Source: Chiloscyllium plagiosum (Eukaryota). Taken from it: a stretch of 39,464 nt of DNA. Below are positions 32,838-39,464 of the stretch, one piece after another. Every line of letters begins with the position of its first letter. Positions within the stretch are counted from its first letter, which is position 1. The notes under the pieces were generated by a model, which worked only from the letters and a program-made list of their open reading frames with translations, made no database searches and was not told where the DNA came from. The translations under genes were made by a program, and so were the position numbers. The DNA is taken from assembly GCF_004010195.1 (NCBI RefSeq), contig NC_057754.1, positions 4,465,681-4,505,144 of the forward strand. Direction: 5' to 3'.

Positions 32838-33330
32838 CATCGAGTCATACAACACAGAAACTGACCCTTCAATCCAACTCGTCCACGGCGACCAGATATC
32901 CTAAACTGATCTAGTCCCATTTGGCCCATATCCCTCTAAACCCTTCATATTCATATACCCATCCAGGTGCTTTTTAAATGCTGTCATTGTACCAGCCTCC
33001 ACCACTTCCTCTGGCAGCTCATTCCGTACACGTACCACCCCCTGCATGAAACAATTGTCCCTCGGGTCCCTTTTAAATCTTTCCCCACTCACCTTAAACC
33101 TATGCCCTCTAGTCTGAGAGAAAGACCTTGGCTGTTCATCCCATCCTTGCCTCCTCACGATTTTATAAACCTCTATAAGGTCACCCCTCAGCCTATGACG
33201 CTCCAGGGAAAACAGCTCCAGCCATTCTGCCTCTCCCTATAGCTCAAACCCTCCAACCCTGGCAACACCCTTGTGACTATTTTCTGAACCCTTTCAAGTT
33301 TCACAACATCCTTCCTATAGCAGGGAGACT
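32838..33330 (-). mobile_element. CR1/HER1 LINE 3' fragment inserted in a DeuSINE-like element (about 32580-33485)
   Basis: ORF 32901-33158 (TRGHRFKV...[23 protein letters not shown]), with Deu-like sequence on both flanks. Confidence 0.85.
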
Positions 33331-33809
33331 AGAAACAGGGGAACTATTTTTACATCCACCTGAGAGGGCTGATGGGGACAGGGTTGGAAGGATGGTGGGG
33401 GTTGGAGAGGCACCTCTGTCAATGCAGTGTTAGCTCTGTACTGCACTGAAATGTCAGCATAGATTATGTACCCAGGTATCTGGGGAAGCTGTGTTTACTA
33501 CCACCACAACTTCAGAGGGCACAACTTCTGACGGCCCATACAGTTGCAGTATATATGGCATTGCTGCCTATCAGAGCAGGGAAGGGCAGTGCAGAGCTGG
33601 GAATGTGGGGGAAATAGAGTGGGGAGTAGGAGAGTGGGGAGTGGGAGAGCAAAACAGAGATGGGAAAGCGGATGAAGAGAGTGGGGAGCCAAGCTGAGCT
33701 GCAAGTGAGTGAGGCAAGGGTTCCTTAGGCATCAGTGATGCCATACATGTGCATTAGGATAGCTGCCACGCCAATCTCCAGCTTTAAGCATCCATGGGGA
33801 GGGCCGTAA

Positions 33810-34292
33810 CATACGAGTTAAAGTAGGCCATTAAGTCCATCGCATCTGCTTGTAATTCAGTCAGATCATAGCTGATCTGATGACCCTCAACTCTACTTTC
33901 CTGCATTTTCCCCATAACTTTCGATTAACTCTTTCTGATTAAAAATCTGTCTATCACAGCTTTGAATAGATGTAATGACCCAACTTTGACAGCCTTCTGT
34001 GGTAAAGATTTCCACAGACTCTCTACCCTCTGAGAGATGAAATTCCTCCTCATCTCTGTCTTACTGGGTGATGCCTAATTCTGAAATGATACCCTTTGAG
34101 CCTAGACTTTCCCAAAAGGGGAAACAACCTCTCCACATCTGCCCTGTCAAGTCCTTTAAGAGGCTGGTATGTTTCATTAAGGTCACCTCACATTCTTCCA
34201 TATTCTGACAGATACAAGCCCAATCTACTCAACCTCTCCTCATAAGGCAGTCCCTCCATAACTGGTCTCAACCAAGTGAACCTCCTTTGGTT
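33810..34292 (-). mobile_element. CR1-type LINE 3' fragment (same family as 14985-15435)
   Basis: Shares aatctgtctat, aaattcctcctcatctctgtc and aacctctccacatctgccc with 15025-15210. Confidence 0.7.
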
Positions 34293-34485
34293 TGTCTTCA
34301 ACGTCAGTAGCTGGGAGGGTTCAGAAATGGGATGGTGTCATCCTCGCACGTACGAATGCATTCTGGCAAAGAAGGTTTCGTCACAGCAGTGTAACCTCAC
34401 TGGCGCCACCTCTCCAGCCGGTGGCCATCTTTGTCGGCCATCTTAGTGTTGGCCTACATACTCCACTCTGGAGCAGGGACTTAAC

Positions 34486-34551
34486 CTTCTGGCCCAACAA
34501 TTACAGCGCGCAACCCATTGAGCTGACACTTCATGATCTCCCTCAATCCAG
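34486..34551 (-). CDS. Candidate upstream 66-nt phase 1-1 exon (xGLREIMKCQLNGLRAVIVGPE)
   Basis: Good acceptor ttttgttctcacag and an open frame phase-compatible with the Eph-like exon. The donor (GTTAAG) is weak and I recognise no homology. Confidence 0.25.
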
Positions 34552-34779
34552 CTGTGAGAACAAAAGTCTATCCTCATTTTTTTGTGGCAATTGCGTGGCA
34601 CCAAACTTCGATTTGATGACTTGGTTGATAAGAGAAAACTGCAGGATGTCAGAGATTCCACAGATTCAGGTAATGAATGAGTGAGAGTGAGTAAACTCAG
34701 CAGAATGGGGAGGGAGAGTGTGTACAGCTAAAAGTAAAGATGATCTCGTGTCAATCCATTCAATTTAAAAGAGAGTATA

Positions 34780-35392
34780 TGTAGACAGGGTGGTGGAGAA
34801 GGCATTTAGCATGCTGGGCCTTTATTGGTTGAGGCATTGAGTATAAGAGTTGAGACGTTATGTTAGAGTTGTATAAGTCATTGGTGAGGCCATACTTGGA
34901 GTGTTGTATACAGTTTTAGTCACCCTGTTATAGGAAAGACAAAGTTAAACTGGAAAAAGTGCAAAGATTCATGAGGATGTTGCCAGGACTAGCAGGCCTC
35001 AGTTAGAGGGAGAATGAGGGACAATCTTATTGAGGTTTATAAAATCATGAAGGGCAGAGGTAGGATGAATGCATGTAGTCTTTCTTTCCCAGGGATGGGA
35101 AGTTGAAAACTAGAGGGCATAGGTTTAAGGTGAGAGGAGAAAGATTTAAGAAGGACCTGAGGGACAATTTCTTCACACAGAGACTGGTGCTTGTATGGAA
35201 TGGATTGCCAAAGAAAGTAGTTAATAGCAAAAAAACATTTGGATAGGTACATGGATGGGAAGGGTTTAGAGGGATATGGACCAAATGCAGGCAATTGGGA
35301 CTAGCTGAGTGAGCACCATGATCAACATGGACCAGTTTGGACCAAAGGGCCTGTTTCCTTGCTGTATTACAGTATTACTCTATGACTCTACG
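34780..35392 (+). mobile_element. CR1/HER1 LINE 3' fragment
   Basis: Degenerate LVRPYLECCIQF...IEVYKIMKG...[26 protein letters not shown] reading. Confidence 0.88.
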
Positions 35393-35704
35393 ATATGTGC
35401 ACTGTTTGTCGGTAAACAACCTGATTTAGGATTGCGACACTATTTCAACACGCACGCAATATCTGAAAAGCCCAGAGTTTCAGATACTGCACTGAATCAA
35501 ATAGCAGGCACCAGGGAGACTACAAATTACATTCTTCACTGATGTCTAACAGTAATAATGCAGACAGAAAGCAGCTTGAGTGGGTGTATAAGACACGCCC
35601 TGACCTGAGCTCGGAGGCATTTTAAAAGGCACTCTATCAGTCTGTCAAAAGTTAACACTGGGGATGGGACACTTTTCCATTTCAGGTATTCCCAGGTATA
35701 CACT

Positions 35705-35920
35705 ATCCCAAACAATCCCAGGATAGGGACAACATGGGGTTAGATACAGAGCAAAGCTTCCTCTACACTGTCCCCCATCAAACACTCCCAGGACAGAGAC
35801 TGCATGGGGTTAGATACAGAGCAAAGCTTCCTCTACACTGTCCCTCATCAAACACTCCCAGGACAGGGACAGCACAGGGTCTATACTGTTGCCATTAATG
35901 CTCCCAGGACAGGGACACCT
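35705..35920. repeat. Short inverted copy of the 70-bp minisatellite family
   Basis: ggggttagatacagagcaaagcttcctctacactgtcccccatcaaacactcccaggacag is the reverse complement of the 10030-11140 unit. Confidence 0.9.
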
Positions 35921-36294
35921 TAAATATCCATCCACAATGCCAATGTCCTGACATCTATTCTGTATGACAAATATTCCATTTCCAACTCCAAGCCTGCGGT
36001 TTCTCTGTGTAGGATTATTGAAACTGGATTTCCCAAGCAACTGCATCCCACACACTGGCCATTAACAGTCAGCAGAGAGTTCCACCTCATTGGGCTGGGT
36101 TGCATCCACGCCTCTGTTAATGTGAGAGAGCGGTGTCTAACTACCCAAACTTTCCATCTCCAAAGCATGAGAAAATATGACTTGGCTGTGTTGTGAACTG
36201 AGCCCTTTGTTCTGGAACTGCTTGTTATTTCTGGATGCAGATCTGAACTGGAAGCCTGTGACCAGCGGTGTGCTGCACGGATTGGTGCTGGGGA

Positions 36295-37415
36295 CATTGC
36301 ATTTGTTGTTTATGCAAATGATTTGGATGTGAATACAGTAGGTGCGCTTAGCAAGTTTGCAGATGACACCAGAATTGGTGGCGTAGTGGACAGTGAAGAA
36401 GGTTACAGTGACTGAGAGAAAGTGAGGACTGCAGATGCTGGAGATCAGAGTTGAAATGTTTGGAGCTGGAAGAGCACATCAGGTCAGGCAGCATCCGAGG
36501 AGCAGGAGGATCGATGTTTCGGGCATAAACCCTCCATCAGGAGTGTGATGAAGGTTACCTCAGAGTACAACGGGACCTTGATCAGATGGGCCAATGGGCT
36601 GATGAGTGGCAGGTGGAGTTTAATTTAGGTAAGTGTGAGGTGTTACATTTTGGTACGGCAAATCAGAGCAGAACTTGTACATGTAATGGTAGGGCCTTGG
36701 GGAGAGTTGCCGGACAAAGAGATCTAGAGGCAGATCTGCACAGTTCCTTTCAAGTGGAATCACAGGTAGACAGGGTAGTGAAGAAGACATTTGGCACGTT
36801 TGCCTTCATTGGTCAGAACACTGAGCATAGGACTTGGAATGTCATATTGCAGCTGTACAAAAATTGGTTAGGCCCGTTTTAGAATATTGCATTCAATACT
36901 GGGTTCCCTATGATAGGAAAGATGTTGTTAAACTTAGAAGGATTCAGAAAAGATTTACAAGTTGGAGGGTTTGAACTATAGGGAGATGCTGAATAGGCTG
37001 GGGCTGTTTTCCATGGAGTATCAGTAGCTGTGGTTATAGAGGTTTATAAAATCACTGCCAGAGGCTGAGGGGTGACCTGATACAGGTTTATACAATCATG
37101 GATAGGGTGAATAGCCAAGATCGTTTCCCACGGTAAGGAAGTCCCAAATTACAGGGCATAGGTTCAAGGTGAGAGTGGAAAGGTTAAATAGGGACCTGAG
37201 GGCCAACTTTTTCACGCAGTGGGTGGTGTGTATGGAATGACCTGCCAGAGGAAGTGATGGACCTAATAACATTTAATAGGCATCTGGATAGGTACGTGAA
37301 AAGGAAGGGTTCGAGGGATATGGGTCAAATGCTGGTAAATGGCACGAGATAAGTTTAGGATATCTGGTTGGCATGGACAAGGGTCTGTTTCCACATTGCA
37401 AAACTCTATGACTCC
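36295..37415 (+). mobile_element. CR1/HER1 LINE RT-to-3' fragment with a 143-bp Penelope-derived insert
   Basis: LFVVYANDLD...SKFADDTRIGG reading, and ORF 36586-36882 (WADEWQVEFNLGKCEVLHFG). Confidence 0.9.
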
Positions 37416-37688
37416 GTGTGGACAGCCAAAAATAATCTTGCGGGGGCTTAAGCTTGAAGTAGAAAGATAATGGCCTCTGAGTAAGGGAGGATATTGTCTC
37501 ACACTCGCTCCATTTGGGTTCTATTCTGTGGTTTCAGACTTATGCATGCACAGCCCAACCTGCGTTGGTTAAGTTCTTTGCAGTGAGAGTTATTTCAGCT
37601 GGGTTTCATCCTGTTTAAATTTTTTTTAAAAAGCAGTCACAGAGCTGGCCGATTAGCCAGCAATCCGCCGCTAACCACAGGATTTGCC

Positions 37689-37710
37689 ACTGCGTCACTC
37701 TATTGGCTCT
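37689..37710 (-). promoter_or_regulatory. Adjacent CCAAT box and CRE-like TGACGCA
   Basis: The minus strand reads AGCCAATAGAGTGACGCAG in a unique CpG-containing stretch upstream of the RTK exons. This is a motif match only. Confidence 0.25.
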
Positions 37711-37913
37711 CCCACTTCTGCGGGCAGGAATTAATTTGTCACTGAATTTCCAGGGATGTGAGGCCATAACTCAAATTGTTCCGAAACAAATTGCTTCAAA
37801 AGCAAATCATCTCAATTCACTCTGACTATGCCTTGCACAGAGGATCATTGCTGGTCTGGTGTGTGATGGGGTTCTGAGACAATTGCCTCCGGTCACTGGT
37901 GGGACCCTCAGAT

Positions 37914-37973
37914 TTATGAGAATTGCTTAAAATCACTCGTGAAGTTACTCTTGGGAGTATTGTCAGCGCTGTC
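37914..37973 (-). other. Strong splice acceptor and possible exon (terminal exon of an upstream gene, or a 5' UTR exon)
   Basis: Acceptor tcccttttctctccag at 37974-37989 in non-repetitive sequence. Phase-0 reading is DSADNTPKSNFTSDFKQFS*. No homology recognised. Confidence 0.25.
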
Positions 37974-38039
37974 CTGGAGAGAAAAGGGACAGCGATTCAG
38001 GGCAACGCAAGACGCCAACAATACCAAAGATGATAATCG

Positions 38040-38363
38040 TAGAACCCCTCTAGTGTGGAAGGCGGCCATTTGGCCCATCGAGTCCACACCAACCCTCTGA
38101 AAAACACCCACCCCATTGCTGCAGCCCTGCATTTTCCCCATGGCTAATCCACCTAGCCTGCAACATCCCTGGACACAATGGGGAAATTTAGCACGGCCAA
38201 TCCGCCCTAACCTGCACATCTTTAGACTGTGGGAGGAAACCCCATGCAAACACGGGGAGAATGTGCAAACTCCACACAGACAATCGCCTGAGAGTGGAAT
38301 CAAACCCAGGGTCCGTGCCGCTGTGAGGCAGCGGTGCTAACCACTGAGCCGCTGTGCCACCCA
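38040..38363 (-). mobile_element. HE1-like tRNA SINE
   Basis: The minus strand starts gggtggcacagcggctcagtggttagcaccgctgcctcacagc. Confidence 0.9.
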
Positions 38364-38684
38364 AAGTGGCAGGATAATCTGTTACTCGACACTTCCTTTT
38401 TCTGTTATTTTTGCGACTGGAAACCTGACTGGGCCTCAGCCAGAGCTGAAGCTTCATCGACAGCACAGCACTCCCTCAATATTGGGTGGCAAGTCTGGGT
38501 GCAGAAATAACGGGCCCTCAGTGGAGCTCTGGGCCGTGGCCTCCACACCCACAGCTCACCATCAGAGTGCCAGCACACCCGCCCAACCCACCATGTGCAC
38601 AGAAGCCTCCTTGTAGACCCTGATTCTTGGGCCCTAATGTGTTCCCAATGCCCTGGACCTCACTGCTTGAAAGCGCACACTCTG

Positions 38685-39136
38685 CCTGAGAACAACCTAG
38701 CTCTCAATACCGGCAAAACCAAGGAACTCATTATTGACTTTCGGCGGGATGTTATTCACGCCTCCTACACATTAACAGCACAGAGGTGGAACAAGTCGGG
38801 AGTGTCAAGCTCCTGGGAGTGGTCATTCACAACAAGCTTTCTTGGACTCTTCACGTGGACGCACTGGTTACAAAAGCCCAACAATGTCTCTTCTTCCTCA
38901 GGCAGCTGAGGAAATTTGGCATAACGGCGAATACCCTTGCCAACTTTTATAGGTGCACCATCGAGAGCGTTCTGTCTGGATGTATCACGACCAGATATTG
39001 CAACTGTACCATTCAAGATCGGAGACGGTTACAGAGAGTGGTGAACTCGGCCCGGACAATCACAAAGGCCAACCTCCCATCTATAGAATCCATCTAACAG
39101 ACCCACTGTTAAAGAAAGGCTGCCAGCGTTCTCAAA
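38685..39136 (+). mobile_element. Rex1/Babar-like LINE RT C-terminal fragment
   Basis: ENNLALNTGKTKELIIDFRR / VKLLGVVIHNKLSWTLHVDALVTKAQQCLFFLRQLRKFG...FYRCTIESVLSGCIT. Confidence 0.85.
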
Positions 39137-39464
39137 GAGGTAAAAACAATGACTGCAGATGCTGGAAACCAGATTCTGGATTAGTGGTGCTGGAAGAGCA
39201 CAGCAGGTCAGGCAGCATCCAAGGAGCTTCGAAATCGACGTTTCGGGCAAAAGCCCTTCATCAGGAATAAAGGCAGTGAGCCTGAAGCGTGGAGACATAA
39301 GCTAGAGGAGAGTGGGGGTGGGGAGGGGAGAAAGTAGCATAGAGTACAATGGGTGAGTGGGGAGGGGATGAAGGTGATAGGTCAGGGTGGGGTGGAGTGG
39401 ATAGGTGGAAAAGAAGATAGGCAGGTAAGACAAGTCATGGGGACAGTGCTGAGCTGGAGGTTTG
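39137..39464 (-). mobile_element. Penelope-like element 3' end, running off the window
   Basis: Reverse complement resembles 16960-17250 (pyrimidine-rich tail, hammerhead-like motif, ctgctgtgctcttccagcacc). Confidence 0.8.
39233..39268 (-). ncRNA. Minimal hammerhead ribozyme motif (Penelope-associated)
   Basis: AUUC-CUGAUGA-A-GGGC-UUUU-GCCC-GAAA-C-GUC-GAUU: intact core and stem II, shorter stem I. Confidence 0.7.

Noticed and set aside
33498..33588. Cys-containing candidate exon after a long pyrimidine tract (QQCHIYCNCMGRQKLCP)
   Set aside because: There is no convincing donor in the phase needed to join the Eph-like exon and no recognisable homology. It is kept only as an unresolved possibility.

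Overview
Vertebrate genomic DNA, most likely a shark (inferred from HE1-type tRNA SINEs, DeuSINE/SacSINE-like elements and abundant CR1/HER1 LINEs). The window is mostly introns of one minus-strand receptor tyrosine kinase gene. I reconstructed 11 exons by hand (30235 down to 955; all GT-AG, all phases compatible, 1475 nt, about 490 aa, no internal stop). The exons encode an Eph-receptor-type cysteine-rich/EGF-like module, a short stalk and transmembrane helix, and a complete TAM-family (AXL/MERTK/TYRO3-like) juxtamembrane, kinase and tail. I found no Ig or FN3 exon between the Eph-like exon and the transmembrane exon, so this looks like an exon-shuffled Eph-ectodomain/TAM-kinase hybrid receptor. 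The 5' end (signal peptide) was not found. The introns hold CR1, Tx1-like, Rex1/Babar-like and Penelope-like retroelement fragments, and several Penelope-derived pieces carry minimal hammerhead ribozyme motifs. There are also several SINE families, four minisatellites and a 303-N assembly gap. Repeat boundaries are approximate, whereas exon boundaries were read to the base.
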